Source: an uncultured Candidatus Saccharibacteria bacterium (GTDB taxonomy: Bacteria; Patescibacteriota; Minisyncoccia; Phycocordibacterales; PALSA-1337). From it: a DNA stretch of 64,000 bases. The stretch lies in contig CAZBVQ010000001.1 of the NCBI GenBank assembly GCA_964495685.1, positions 373,568 through 437,567 on the forward strand. Direction: 5' to 3'. Positions 9,679 to 19,632 of this stretch are shown here, piece by piece; position 1 is the stretch's first letter, and each line of letters opens with the position of its first letter. The position numbers were made by a program, and so were the translations under genes. Below the pieces are notes generated by a model, which searched no databases, was not told the DNA's origin, and saw nothing but the letters and a program-made list of their open reading frames with translations.

Positions 9679-10386
9679 ATGAAGACGAAGATGTTAGTCA
9701 TTGGCGCCTTGGCAGTTGCCTTGGCGGTAATTAACCCCATCACTATCCATGCAGTGCCCGTCACTCCTGATTATGACACGTTCGGTCCGCTTGCCGGCGC
9801 GACGTTTGGCGGAAGTGGTATTCCAAACCACTCAGTTGCGGTTAGCACGTCTGGTGGCGTGACTCTGGGTCTCGAAGCTCATCAGCGTTACGTCGGCCCG
9901 GATCTGGTGGACAATGGGGCGGGCACTTATTGGGCCAACCCTGGACCTGGCACGCCGGCCAACCTGAGCACCTGGAACTTCGCATTCTATGGTCTCGGCT
10001 CTGCTTCGGCACCTGGCGCAACGGCCCGTTTGTTCTATGACTTCGATCCGGCGATCGGCAATGACCAAAGCACACTGGGTTATGTCAATCTTGGTCTCTT
10101 GGGTTTGACCCCGGGGCAAGATTCTTGGAATCTCGGTTTTTCCTTTTTGGATACGGCCATTCCTGGTGTCGTGGTACCTCCTACCTACCCATCGTTCAAT
10201 CCGAATGCGGTTGGAGAATACAGCTTCGTCCTGGAAGCATACAACCGAGATGGGCAGACCATTGGCCGGTCAGCGATTAATGTGAACACCTCAGCTGTCC
10301 CCGACTCCGGTTCGACGTTTGCCTCCTTAGGCCTTGCCTCGCTCGGCCTTCTGGCATTTCGCAAATTCACGCTTGTGACGGCCTGA
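9679..10386 (+). CDS. Secreted protein with VPDSG-CTERM (PEP-CTERM-like) sorting signal
   Basis: Signal peptide; C-terminus AVPDSGSTFASLGLASLGLLAFRKF (motif, TM, basic residues). Confidence 0.85.
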   Translation: MKTKMLVIGALAVALAVINPITIHAVPVTPDYDTFGPLAGATFGGSGIPNHSVAVSTSGGVTLGLEAHQRYVGPDLVDNGAGTYWANPGPGTPANLSTWNFAFYGLGSASAPGATARLFYDFDPAIGNDQSTLGYVNLGLLGLTPGQDSWNLGFSFLDTAIPGVVVPPTYPSFNPNAVGEYSFVLEAYNRDGQTIGRSAINVNTSAVPDSGSTFASLGLASLGLLAFRKFTLVTA

Positions 10387-10525
10387 TGTCACCGGGGCAG
10401 TGATGCGCCCTGTCTTTCAGTTTCAGCTCAACAATCGGGAAACCTCCTGGTCCGCAAGGATCGGGGGGATTTTTTATACAAAAAAGCGCACGGAGTGTTC
10501 TGTGCGCGGGCTGACTGATCTCGAG

Positions 10526-10951
10526 TTAGGTTTTCGGACGATGGATCGGCCGACACGTATTGGTGATGATGGCCAGGTCAATCTCTTGCTGCATTCGTCT
10601 CACGGTGCACACTTGGAACTGTGTTCCGTTTCGGACAATTCTCGATCCGGCCAAGAATCCGTTTGCGGCAGTAGTTAGTTCTACCAGGACAGATCGTTTG
10701 AGGTGTTCGCCGGGGAATTCCTTTCCTTGATCACAAACAATGAGTACATACGCACTACTGATGAGCATGGATCCTGCTTCGCAATCATGAGCTTCTGGAG
10801 AACTAGACTCAATACGGAAGCAGAGTCTGTTTCGGGCGAGAGTGAAGTGTTCTGTATCGGTCAGAGGATCTCTTCCTGCATCAATTTTTGCGCGAATGCG
10901 TCGAACTTCATTTTCGTATGCGCGACGATTGAATCGTTTCGGTAGCTTCAT
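10526..10951 (-). CDS. Hypothetical protein
   Basis: 141-aa ORF with GGAGG RBS; ATGA-coupled to the upstream ORF. Confidence 0.6.
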   Translation of the reverse strand: MKLPKRFNRRAYENEVRRIRAKIDAGRDPLTDTEHFTLARNRLCFRIESSSPEAHDCEAGSMLISSAYVLIVCDQGKEFPGEHLKRSVLVELTTAANGFLAGSRIVRNGTQFQVCTVRRMQQEIDLAIITNTCRPIHRPKT

Positions 10952-11193
10952 TTCGTCCTCCTGTTTCTCACTGCCTCATCCCATGGAGGCCCTACGTAGG
11001 TCTCAATGGACAGGCCAATGAAAAGAATTATTGTTGTGACAACATCGAGACCGATTGAGAAAATCGATATCAGTACCAATGTGGCCATGTTGAGCGTGCT
11101 GTCGAGGTACTCGCCGAATGCGATCCAGAGAAATACACATATCGCAATGGCAGTTCCTGCCATGAGTGCAAGTTTCAAGTTACTCAAGTGCAT
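10948..11193 (-). CDS. Small two-TM membrane protein
   Basis: 81 aa, two hydrophobic helices, 4-nt overlap with the next ORF. Confidence 0.6.
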   Translation of the reverse strand: MHLSNLKLALMAGTAIAICVFLWIAFGEYLDSTLNMATLVLISIFSIGLDVVTTIILFIGLSIETYVGPPWDEAVRNRRTK

Positions 11194-11255
11194 GATGTTT
11201 CCTGGGTTGGGGGTTCTGAATCAAATGCTAGCACAAGATGAGGTATAATCAATCC

Positions 11256-14207
11256 ATGTCCAACCAGGTATTCGATATCCAATACAAGCGCCTCAACAAG
11301 GCCCAAAAAGAGGCAGTGGATGCCATCGAGGGACCTGTCATGGTCATCGCCGGTCCTGGAACTGGTAAAACGACTATTCTAACGCTCCGAATAGCGAATA
11401 TCCTCAAACGTACTGATACGCCCGCCAACGGCATTCTTGCCATCACCTATACCGACGCGGGAGTCAAAGCGATGCGCCAAAAACTCCAAGGAATAATAGG
11501 TGACAGAGCTCATGATGTTCGCATTCACACTTTTCATGGATTTGCTTCTTCGGTCATCGCTGAATACCCAGATCATTTCCTGCATTTGTCAGACAAGAAA
11601 CAGATGACTGATATCGAGCAGGAGTCGCTCATTCGCGCAATCATTACTGACACCAAGTTTGCTGACGTACGTCCGGCAGGCAAACCAGACGCGTATATTT
11701 CAGGGATTATTCGCAGTATAGATGATGCCAAAAGGGAGGCACTTACCCCAGAAATGGTCCGCCAACATGCACGACAGGAGATCGGGCGTATCAAGAATGA
11801 CGAGGATTCTATTTCTTCACGTGGCGCCACCAAGGGCAAACTCAAAGCCGATGCACTCGAGCAGATCGCCAAATGTGAGCGTACCATTCTGTTCGGTGAT
11901 ATTTACGAACTCTATGAAGCCAAGAAAGAAGAGGTCAAGAAGATGGATTTCAACGACCTTATCATCGAGCTTCTCCTTGCGCTCAGGAATGATGAATTGC
12001 TGCTCCGCCTTCTTCAAGAACGCTATCTCTATCTTCATGTTGATGAACATCAAGACACCAACGACGCACAAAACTTCATCGTCGGCATGATTGCTGAGTT
12101 CTTCGAGACCCCGAATATTTTCATTGTCGGTGATGAGAAGCAGGCTATTTACCGTTTCCAGGGAGCATCGGTTGAGAATTTCTTGCTTCTCCAGAAGAAA
12201 TGGCCAGCCATGAAGCTCATTTCTCTCGATACCAACTATCGCTCACACCAAGATATTCTTGATGCCAGTTTCGGCATGATTGAGAAGAACTATGAAGAAG
12301 GTGAGCATGCTGATTTGCGCATCAAATTGAAAGGTGGTTCTAAACTAGACACTGAATCTGGGTCCACATCAGGTCTACAAATCGTCACGGGCGAGAATGT
12401 GGCAGCCATCGAAGCTCATATGGTCGGAGAATTGCATGCTCTCTACGAACGTGAGCCGAACGCAACTACTGCCATCATCGTCCGTCGCAATCGTGATCTT
12501 GATCGCGTCATCAGGTTGCTCGAGTCCAATGGTATCGCCGTAGCTTCTGAGCGTAGTATCGATATGTTCAGTCATCCCGTCGGGCGCCTATTCTTTGACC
12601 TTGTTGATTATCTCACTGATCTCTCCAAGACTGACGCATTGGCACGTACGATGGTGGCAGGAATGTGGGAACTGTCGCTGGAGCAGGCCATCGATCTGGT
12701 CAAGAATGTCAAAAGTGGCAAGCCATTCGAACTTCCTGCACTTCTCGGTATCCAACGTCAGATGCTCAATGACGGCGCTATCGGCTTCCTCATTCATGCC
12801 GCAGAACAATCGGGCTTCACCACACTGGTCACTCGTCATCCTTCATATATTCATGTTTGGCGTGGCATCATCACCTTGGCAGAATCACTGACGCGGGAAG
12901 GTGACATTCGTGATCCGGTCGAGCTCATTCGTGCTATGCTCGCCTATCGACTCTCAGCTGAGACCAAGACAGTCAAAGTATCAGTCGGTGCACCTGATCT
13001 ACCTATTCGTGCCATGACAGCTCACGGGAGTAAGGGGCTTGAATTTGATCATGTATTCATACCATATGTCACCGAAGAATCATGGGTGGGTCGTCCCAAG
13101 GGCGCCTCATTCGTGTTGCCCAAGAAACGTACGGCTGATAGCGATATTCGTGATGTGCGCCGTCTCTTCTATGTGGCACTGACTCGTGCACGTAAGCATG
13201 TCACAGTCCTGACTGCACGCGAAGAGTCTGACGGCAAAGCATTGGAGCCACTACGCTTCATCGATGAGCTCGAAGAGAAGTACGCATCGCGATTGTCATT
13301 GTCGCGTGTAGGTATCGAGGCGGTGCATGAAGGAGGATCTGAGAAGCGGCGAGCGCAGAGTAGTGAGCATGATACTATCGGCACCGAACTGGTCAGCATC
13401 GCCAAGCGCGTACTCACCGAAAAGGGTTTGTCAGTGACTGCACTCAATCATTTCTTGAAATGCCCGAATACATTTTTGTATCAGAGTATATTGAAACTTC
13501 CGCAGGCGCCGTCTGTTCCTGCAGAGAAGGGAAGCGCTATGCATTATGCATTCGATGCTGCATGGCAATCTACGGATCGTTCTAGGGCTGGTCTAGAATT
13601 GGTCATGAAAGAAAAGATCACTGAATATTTTGCCGACTCATTCCTGCCAAGTGTGGAGAAGACACCTGCCATGAAAGAATTGCTTGATGATGTGCCGGCT
13701 GTCGCAGCGGCACTGGAGTCTCATTTCGCACAGTCCGAACGTGCCACAGTCTATACCGAGACATGGGTGGAGCGAGAATTCACTGGTACGTACAATGGTC
13801 AGACCATTCACATCCCACTTCACGGCAAGATGGATGCTATCGTCGATACGAGTGACCTAGTCTACGTCTATGACTACAAGACACGCCAAGCCATGTCAGT
13901 GAATGCTATCAAGGGTGAGACCAAGAGTGATTCGAGTGGTGATTATTTCCGACAGCTGATTTTCTACAAACTACTTCTCAGTGCTGATCCGCGTTGGCGT
14001 ACCAAGAAGATTGAACCAGCTCTGGTATTCGTGTCGCCAGATGACAAGGGGAGGTGCCCGACTGTGACGGTGCCTATCGAGGCGACTGACAGTGAGCGGG
14101 TTAACAAAGAGATTCAACAACTGATCGACAGTGTCTGGAGTGGTGCTATCGCCACTGCTACCTGTGATGACAAGGATTGCGAATGGTGTGGTGTGAGGAG
14201 GGTATAA
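11256..14207 (+). CDS. UvrD/REP-family helicase fused to a C-terminal PD-(D/E)XK nuclease
   Basis: AGPGTGKT, VDEHQD, GDEKQAIYRFQG, TAHGSKGLEF, LFYVALTRA; C-terminal GKMD...DYKT with Cys cluster (KCP...CDDKDCEWC). Confidence 0.92.
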   Translation: MSNQVFDIQYKRLNKAQKEAVDAIEGPVMVIAGPGTGKTTILTLRIANILKRTDTPANGILAITYTDAGVKAMRQKLQGIIGDRAHDVRIHTFHGFASSVIAEYPDHFLHLSDKKQMTDIEQESLIRAIITDTKFADVRPAGKPDAYISGIIRSIDDAKREALTPEMVRQHARQEIGRIKNDEDSISSRGATKGKLKADALEQIAKCERTILFGDIYELYEAKKEEVKKMDFNDLIIELLLALRNDELLLRLLQERYLYLHVDEHQDTNDAQNFIVGMIAEFFETPNIFIVGDEKQAIYRFQGASVENFLLLQKKWPAMKLISLDTNYRSHQDILDASFGMIEKNYEEGEHADLRIKLKGGSKLDTESGSTSGLQIVTGENVAAIEAHMVGELHALYEREPNATTAIIVRRNRDLDRVIRLLESNGIAVASERSIDMFSHPVGRLFFDLVDYLTDLSKTDALARTMVAGMWELSLEQAIDLVKNVKSGKPFELPALLGIQRQMLNDGAIGFLIHAAEQSGFTTLVTRHPSYIHVWRGIITLAESLTREGDIRDPVELIRAMLAYRLSAETKTVKVSVGAPDLPIRAMTAHGSKGLEFDHVFIPYVTEESWVGRPKGASFVLPKKRTADSDIRDVRRLFYVALTRARKHVTVLTAREESDGKALEPLRFIDELEEKYASRLSLSRVGIEAVHEGGSEKRRAQSSEHDTIGTELVSIAKRVLTEKGLSVTALNHFLKCPNTFLYQSILKLPQAPSVPAEKGSAMHYAFDAAWQSTDRSRAGLELVMKEKITEYFADSFLPSVEKTPAMKELLDDVPAVAAALESHFAQSERATVYTETWVEREFTGTYNGQTIHIPLHGKMDAIVDTSDLVYVYDYKTRQAMSVNAIKGETKSDSSGDYFRQLIFYKLLLSADPRWRTKKIEPALVFVSPDDKGRCPTVTVPIEATDSERVNKEIQQLIDSVWSGAIATATCDDKDCEWCGVRRV

Positions 14208-14253
14208 AAAATGTATGCAATTCAAAAAGCCCCTTCAGGAGGGGTTTTTGTGA

Positions 14254-15072
14254 TTATTTTGTGGCAAGCACCGCATCAATAATTGCCCTGATCGCCTCTT
14301 CTGGCAAAGCGCCACTCATGATGATGTGCATACGATCACTCGAAACGACAATTGGGGGTAAGCGTAGCTGCAATACCAAATTAGATATTACCGTATCAAC
14401 ATGTGCTGGCGCTGGTTTGGATAAGACGAAAATACTCGTCGGTGTACCAGAGATGCCCGCGTTCACACCATCAAGATACTGCTTCTCTACTTTGTCTTTG
14501 TTCTGACCACTCGAGAGACACTCGTTGAAGGCGACCACATCGAGCCCAGCGTATTTGGCGATCACAGGAAGCTGGGTCTGATCTAGTGACTTGCCCTGAT
14601 CAGAGGGAGTGATGTCGTAGAGTCGGTTGGTGAATTTCCAGAATGCATCATTGCCTCCGAGAGATGCCGCACATTCCATGGCCTGAGATTCATGGCCAGC
14701 GTTGGGGTGCAGTACACGTCCTTGTGCGTCAGGCTTGTCGAGTGGGAATGCACGGTAGACCCAAGCAACGTTGCCCGAAGGACCATAGGTCTCCATGATT
14801 TTCTTCATGGTCGGATGGAATATCTTACAAAATGGACATGAAGGGTCCGAGAATTCGATGATGCGTACGGCCGCGTTGGGATTGCCGAGGATGTGATCAT
14901 GTGAAGTGATTGGACTCACCGCTATCTCTATTTTCTGTACCTGTTGAGCTGCTGTGGTCGGTGTGGCTGCAGGAGTAGCTGGCTTGAATGCGTAAATAAG
15001 GGCGGCACCAATAATTGCGGCGGCAATGATGATGGCTCCGGGAACGGAGATGGGGTTTGATTGTTGGTTCAT
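14254..15072 (-). CDS. DsbA-family thiol-disulfide oxidoreductase, membrane anchored
   Basis: N-terminal TM; EFSDPSCPFC; GISGTP cis-Pro motif. Confidence 0.9.
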   Translation of the reverse strand: MNQQSNPISVPGAIIIAAAIIGAALIYAFKPATPAATPTTAAQQVQKIEIAVSPITSHDHILGNPNAAVRIIEFSDPSCPFCKIFHPTMKKIMETYGPSGNVAWVYRAFPLDKPDAQGRVLHPNAGHESQAMECAASLGGNDAFWKFTNRLYDITPSDQGKSLDQTQLPVIAKYAGLDVVAFNECLSSGQNKDKVEKQYLDGVNAGISGTPTSIFVLSKPAPAHVDTVISNLVLQLRLPPIVVSSDRMHIIMSGALPEEAIRAIIDAVLATK

Positions 15073-15088
15073 GGAGCTAAGTATATCA

Positions 15089-15664
15089 CTAAAACGGTAG
15101 TGTGAACGTCATGGCGTGTTCACTGCCAGTTTCCCAGGTGTCAGTTTTGAGTTTGACCTCTTTGACGGCACCCAATTCTTTGTATTTGAGGGATTTATTC
15201 TTGAGGGCATAGTCGTAGAGCTCACGCGTGAGACGTACGTCCTCAATGCAGTACTTGATGATCTTGTCGATTTCACCATTTTGCCACCACTCGATAGCGT
15301 CGAGGCCATGACCAGACTTATTCCTGCCGAGTGTCGCTTCGCCGACAGTGTCGAGTTTGAGACGGCGGCCGAGGACCTGCTGCACCTCTCTCATAAGATC
15401 AATGCTTTTGATCTTGGTGAGGTCACCGGGATAATATTTGTTGAGGAGGGGGATGTCGAAGTGATCACCATTCCAGGTCACGAATGCATCGGCTTGTTCG
15501 ATCATGGGCCATAGTTTGCCGAAGTCTTTCTCGAGGTAACTCGTGAATTCACCGGTAGCTGAATCGTGAATACAGAGGACTGATATGTCGAGTGCGGTAG
15601 GATCATTCGATCCGACATCCTGGAATGTGTTCTTGGTTTCGATATCGAACGTGATGACGTGCAT
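15089..15664 (-). CDS. RNase H-like DEDD 3'-5' exonuclease (YprB/RNase_H_2-like)
   Basis: FDIET, WNGDHFDIP and YCIEDV motifs. Confidence 0.85.
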   Translation of the reverse strand: MHVITFDIETKNTFQDVGSNDPTALDISVLCIHDSATGEFTSYLEKDFGKLWPMIEQADAFVTWNGDHFDIPLLNKYYPGDLTKIKSIDLMREVQQVLGRRLKLDTVGEATLGRNKSGHGLDAIEWWQNGEIDKIIKYCIEDVRLTRELYDYALKNKSLKYKELGAVKEVKLKTDTWETGSEHAMTFTLPF

Positions 15665-15737
15665 AGGTCACTATTGTAGCAAGAAATATTTTTTGGGCAA
15701 AGAAAAAACGGTCGCCGAGGGAGCGACCGTTAAAGAG

Positions 15738-15965
15738 TGGCTAGTGACGTGATTCACCAAGACCGGAAAGAAGAACTGTTTGTCCGGAATACATGGTGGT
15801 GCCAGAGCCGATTGCTATTGCGCGATACCCGATTTGGTGAATACCGGTCGAGGGACGAATCCCGACGACTAGCGTTCGAATGGGCACAATCGCGTGATTT
15901 GCCTGTGCCCACTTTTGTGTGGAACAGACATCGACTTCTTGGTGGCAACGCACCTCACTAGCCAA
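15738..15965 (-). ncRNA. Candidate ~230-nt structured ncRNA
   Basis: TTGACG-17-TAGTAT promoter (15999-15971); 5'/3' ends pair (TGGCTAGTGA/TCACTAGCCA and CACCAAGA/TCTTGGTG); UUCG hairpin; terminator at 15703-15731. Confidence 0.6.
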
Positions 15966-16027
15966 TGAGGATACTATACCAATCGGTAACCTCCGTCAAC
16001 TGCCTACTAGAGTCTGACTAATTCGAA

Positions 16028-17326
16028 TTAATGGCCCAAAAACGTCCTCGCAATCTCCTCCTCACTACCACTCAATTCTTCGCCGCTCGAGAGTATCTTC
16101 ATGCGCAGTTTGCCATTCTTGACTTCTTCATCACCAATACACATGATACGAGGAATGCCACGCTTATCCGCATTCTTGATCTGGTCACCGACTTTCTTGC
16201 CTGAGAGGTCCACGAAGACATTTATATTCTTGGCCCTGAATGATTGAGCGAGCTCCAGTGCATACGGAGTATTCTGGTCACCGACGACGCAGAGGGCCAC
16301 GTCCGCAGGAGACTCATTCTTGGGAAGTGTGCCGTAGGTCTCCATTAAGTCTCGTGCAATAACATCACCTGCGCCAAAACCGACGGCAGGAACTTTGTCA
16401 TTACCGAAAAGGGAAAGGAGGTCATCGTAGCGTCCACCACCGAAAACAGAACGACGATTGGCTGGATTGAGGTCATAGACTTCGAAAACTACTCCCGTGT
16501 AGTAGTCGAAGCCGCGCATCAGTGTCTGGTCGAAGCGGGCATTGGTGATACCGAGACGCTCCAGGCCAGCGATGACTTCACGTATTTCTTTGAGGCCGAC
16601 ATGCTCCTCGGTAGTTTGTGGTAGGTTCTTGGTGAATTCTTCGAAGTTTTTGGAATTGAGGAGTGTCATGAATTTCCTCGTGTTGTCACCGAGGACTTCC
16701 GTGGCAGCAGCTTCGAACCATTCTGGCTTGACCTTGTCCTTCTTGTCGATGAGTTTGGAAATCTTTTGGGCAGCTTCCTCATTCAAGCAGAAAACATCTC
16801 GTGTCACATAGTTCATGAGCTTGCGGTTGTTGATGCGGATTTCGAAGTCGGTATCCTTGAGGCCATAAGCACGTGTAATATCGTAGGCGATATTGATAGT
16901 CTCGATTTCCGCCGAAATAGACTCGACGCCGAATATGTCGACGTTGAGCTGCCAATGTTCACGGACACGACCGCGTTGAGGTTGTTCGTAACGGAATAGG
17001 TTGGGGATAGAATACCAGCGGACAGGGAAGGTAAGCTCACGCTTGCGGGCAGCGATCATGCGGGCGAGAGTAGGGGTCATCTCAGGACGGAGAGTCACTT
17101 CACGGTCGCCACGGTCAGTGAAGGTGTATGTTTGTTCGTTGATGATCTCTTCACCACTCTTGGCACGATACAAATCGGCGGGTTCCAGAACCGATGCACC
17201 GTATTCTTCATAGCCGTATGACTCGACTGCCTTGCGCCAGATATCGAAGATCTTCTTTTCAGTAGCCATATCGGCAGGGAAGAAATCTCGAACTCCTTTG
17301 TAGGAATCAGTTGAAAGCTTTTTCAT
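16028..17326 (-). CDS. hisS: Histidine--tRNA ligase
   Basis: LRPEMT, FRYEQPQRGR, RGFDYYTG, GGGRYD. Confidence 0.97.
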   Translation of the reverse strand: MKKLSTDSYKGVRDFFPADMATEKKIFDIWRKAVESYGYEEYGASVLEPADLYRAKSGEEIINEQTYTFTDRGDREVTLRPEMTPTLARMIAARKRELTFPVRWYSIPNLFRYEQPQRGRVREHWQLNVDIFGVESISAEIETINIAYDITRAYGLKDTDFEIRINNRKLMNYVTRDVFCLNEEAAQKISKLIDKKDKVKPEWFEAAATEVLGDNTRKFMTLLNSKNFEEFTKNLPQTTEEHVGLKEIREVIAGLERLGITNARFDQTLMRGFDYYTGVVFEVYDLNPANRRSVFGGGRYDDLLSLFGNDKVPAVGFGAGDVIARDLMETYGTLPKNESPADVALCVVGDQNTPYALELAQSFRAKNINVFVDLSGKKVGDQIKNADKRGIPRIMCIGDEEVKNGKLRMKILSSGEELSGSEEEIARTFLGH

Positions 17327-17489
17327 GGGGGTATTGTAGCAGATTGTGCCATAAACGTAAGGGCTCTACTCATACCCCTTGACTTTTTCATTATTTCAGT
17401 ATACAATACTGGACGTTATCACTATAAAGAGCCGTACCCTGAATTATGGCCCCATTGAGCCATAAGACTAAGGATACGTTTATCACATT

Positions 17490-18758
17490 ATGAAAAACAT
17501 CATCCGCACAGCTTCATACGTCACCGTGGGCATCATGTCACTCGTGATCGCCTTCGGTATCGTCGTCTCTGCTCCGGCTCAGGCCCATGCAGATTATGGC
17601 TACTATGGTACACCGTCGTACAACTACGACTACTCGTACTATCGTCAGCAGCCTCGTAATGACTATGGTCCGTTGCAAGTATCGTGTTATCCGATGCCTC
17701 TTTCGGCTCGTACCGGTGATTCGGTGACGTGGGTTGCGAATGCGTATGGTGGCAACAACTCATACAACTACACCTGGAGTGGCACGGACGGCCTCAGTGG
17801 TTACGGCTCTTCTATAGTCAAGGCCTACTACTCCAATGGTTCCAAGACCGCCAGTGTGACTGTCACATCAGCTGGTCAGACTATCACCAAGATTTGTGAT
17901 GGCTCAGCAAGCATTTATGGTGACACGAACTATAATTACAACAACTACAATTATAGTTATCCGTATTACACCAGTTACCCGAATTACAACTACAATTCAT
18001 ACTACTCACCGTTGTATGTCACCTGTACGCCAAGTACTACCTATGTCAACAATGGCATGCAAGTAGTCTGGAATGCATATCCGTCAGGCGGCAATGGTTC
18101 ATATACGTATTCATGGACAGGCAGCGACAATCTGTACGGTTCAAGTCAGTCAGTGTATTACACGTATTCGAATCCTGGTGCCAAGACGGCCAATGTGACT
18201 GTCTACTCGACAAACGGTCAAACAGCTACTATCAATTGTGGCACTGTTAACGTCGCTGGTTACTATGGTGCGGTCCCTGTCGTCGTCGGTTCGACCAATG
18301 CTGGTCTCGATGTTGCTTGTTATTCTGATCCTTCGAATGTCCGCGTCAATCAGCCGGTCACTTGGAGGGCAGAAGTTACTGGTGGCGTCGCGCCGTATAC
18401 CTACACATGGACTGGTGCTGATGGCCTTTCAGGTTCTGAGAACACGGTACTCAAGTACTATGCTTCTACGGGAGACAAGAGTGCCATCATCTCGATCAAG
18501 TCCGCTGACGGCAAGACTGCTACTCGCGCATGTAGTACCAGTGTGACGGTTCGCTCTGCGTCTGCGACAGCTCCTGTCCAGCAGACTCAGCAGCCATCTT
18601 CGCAGGTCCAGCCGAATACCAATCAAAATTCAAATGGCCTCTCAGCTGCAGCATTGTTCTCACTCAAGAACGTGCCGTGGGGTTGGGTTGCTATCCTGAT
18701 TATCTTGGTACTCTTTGCGACGGTTGTGTATCTTATCTTCAATCGCCCGAAGATCTAA
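17490..18758 (+). CDS. Membrane-anchored surface protein with three PKD-like repeats and Tyr/Asn-rich linkers
   Basis: Signal peptide; three W..GG...Y.Y.W.G.D.L.G...Y...G.K.A repeats with paired Cys; C-terminal TM. Confidence 0.8.
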   Translation: MKNIIRTASYVTVGIMSLVIAFGIVVSAPAQAHADYGYYGTPSYNYDYSYYRQQPRNDYGPLQVSCYPMPLSARTGDSVTWVANAYGGNNSYNYTWSGTDGLSGYGSSIVKAYYSNGSKTASVTVTSAGQTITKICDGSASIYGDTNYNYNNYNYSYPYYTSYPNYNYNSYYSPLYVTCTPSTTYVNNGMQVVWNAYPSGGNGSYTYSWTGSDNLYGSSQSVYYTYSNPGAKTANVTVYSTNGQTATINCGTVNVAGYYGAVPVVVGSTNAGLDVACYSDPSNVRVNQPVTWRAEVTGGVAPYTYTWTGADGLSGSENTVLKYYASTGDKSAIISIKSADGKTATRACSTSVTVRSASATAPVQQTQQPSSQVQPNTNQNSNGLSAAALFSLKNVPWGWVAILIILVLFATVVYLIFNRPKI

Positions 18759-18964
18759 TAGGGTAGAGTGGACTATACGTAGTCCGATGGCGACAATACG
18801 TGAGACTCCAAAATAAATGTTGAAAATACCCCCTGAAATAGGGGGTATTTTTGTGCTTGACAAATACATATTAAACATGGTATAATATAAAAGTACTACA
18901 AAGAGGTAGTACGTATGTTTTGAAAATTTGGTCAACATGAAAATTTGATTCAGAAAGTCATTTT

Positions 18965-19330
18965 ATGACAAGTTCAGACTTCGTTGGAAATGACTTCGAA
19001 TATGCCTACGCGAAAGCGTTTGGCGGTGAAGTCAGTGGAGGTTTCGATGATGGTGGCAGAGATGTCATCATTCCGAAAATCGGCGGCGTACAGGTGAAAG
19101 CCAGTGCCGACGGAGCCAAGAGTTTCTTGGCTGTCTCCATCAAACGGAACCAATTTATTCCTCTGTGTGTCGGCGAACCCGGCGCACAGCAGGATATGAT
19201 TGAGTCTCTCAAGCGCTTCGGTGCTTGGGTCGGGAACGATATCCCGAATCGCGTGGCATTGCTCACGGGGATTGCCCAAGTGCGTGCCATGATCGAGCAG
19301 GCGAAAGGAGGTACTCGTGTCCGAGCGTAA
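18965..19330 (+). CDS. Small Mrr-like PD-(D/E)XK nuclease-fold protein (tentative)
   Basis: GNDFE...DDGGRDV...GVQVK resembles the Mrr catalytic FE..DxGxD..QxK motif; consensus TTGACA-18-TATAAT promoter upstream. Confidence 0.5.
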   Translation: MTSSDFVGNDFEYAYAKAFGGEVSGGFDDGGRDVIIPKIGGVQVKASADGAKSFLAVSIKRNQFIPLCVGEPGAQQDMIESLKRFGAWVGNDIPNRVALLTGIAQVRAMIEQAKGGTRVRA

Positions 19331-19565
19331 TGGACGACACGAGTCCTTCCTTGATCAACTACTCACTAGTCTTCGTAAGAGGGATGGTGAAGAGGAGATC
19401 GGCAGGCTCAAAAAGGAACTTCAGGGGTTCACTCGGGAAGCGACTTGTCGCGAAGCAATCGTTCAGTTGATTGCCAAGCAGAAGTTGCGGTACCGGCTGG
19501 CGCTCCTCTTGTTGAAACCAACCCTCATCATTCCTTATTTGATACGCATCAAGCGAATCCGGTAG
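19317..19565 (+). CDS. Small hypothetical protein coupled to the upstream ORF
   Basis: AAAGGAGG RBS then GTG; overlaps upstream stop; hairpin follows. Confidence 0.55.
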   Translation: MSERNGRHESFLDQLLTSLRKRDGEEEIGRLKKELQGFTREATCREAIVQLIAKQKLRYRLALLLLKPTLIIPYLIRIKRIR

Positions 19566-19632
19566 GGATCACCCCCATCCAACGAAAGAAGGATGGGGGT
19601 TAAAACATGGTCAATTTTATTTTCTTATTGAG

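Noticed and set aside
17380-17489. Riboswitch in the ~80-nt leader of the PKD-repeat gene
   Set aside because: Only one modest hairpin (TTATGGC/GCCATAA); no recognisable aptamer or expression platform.
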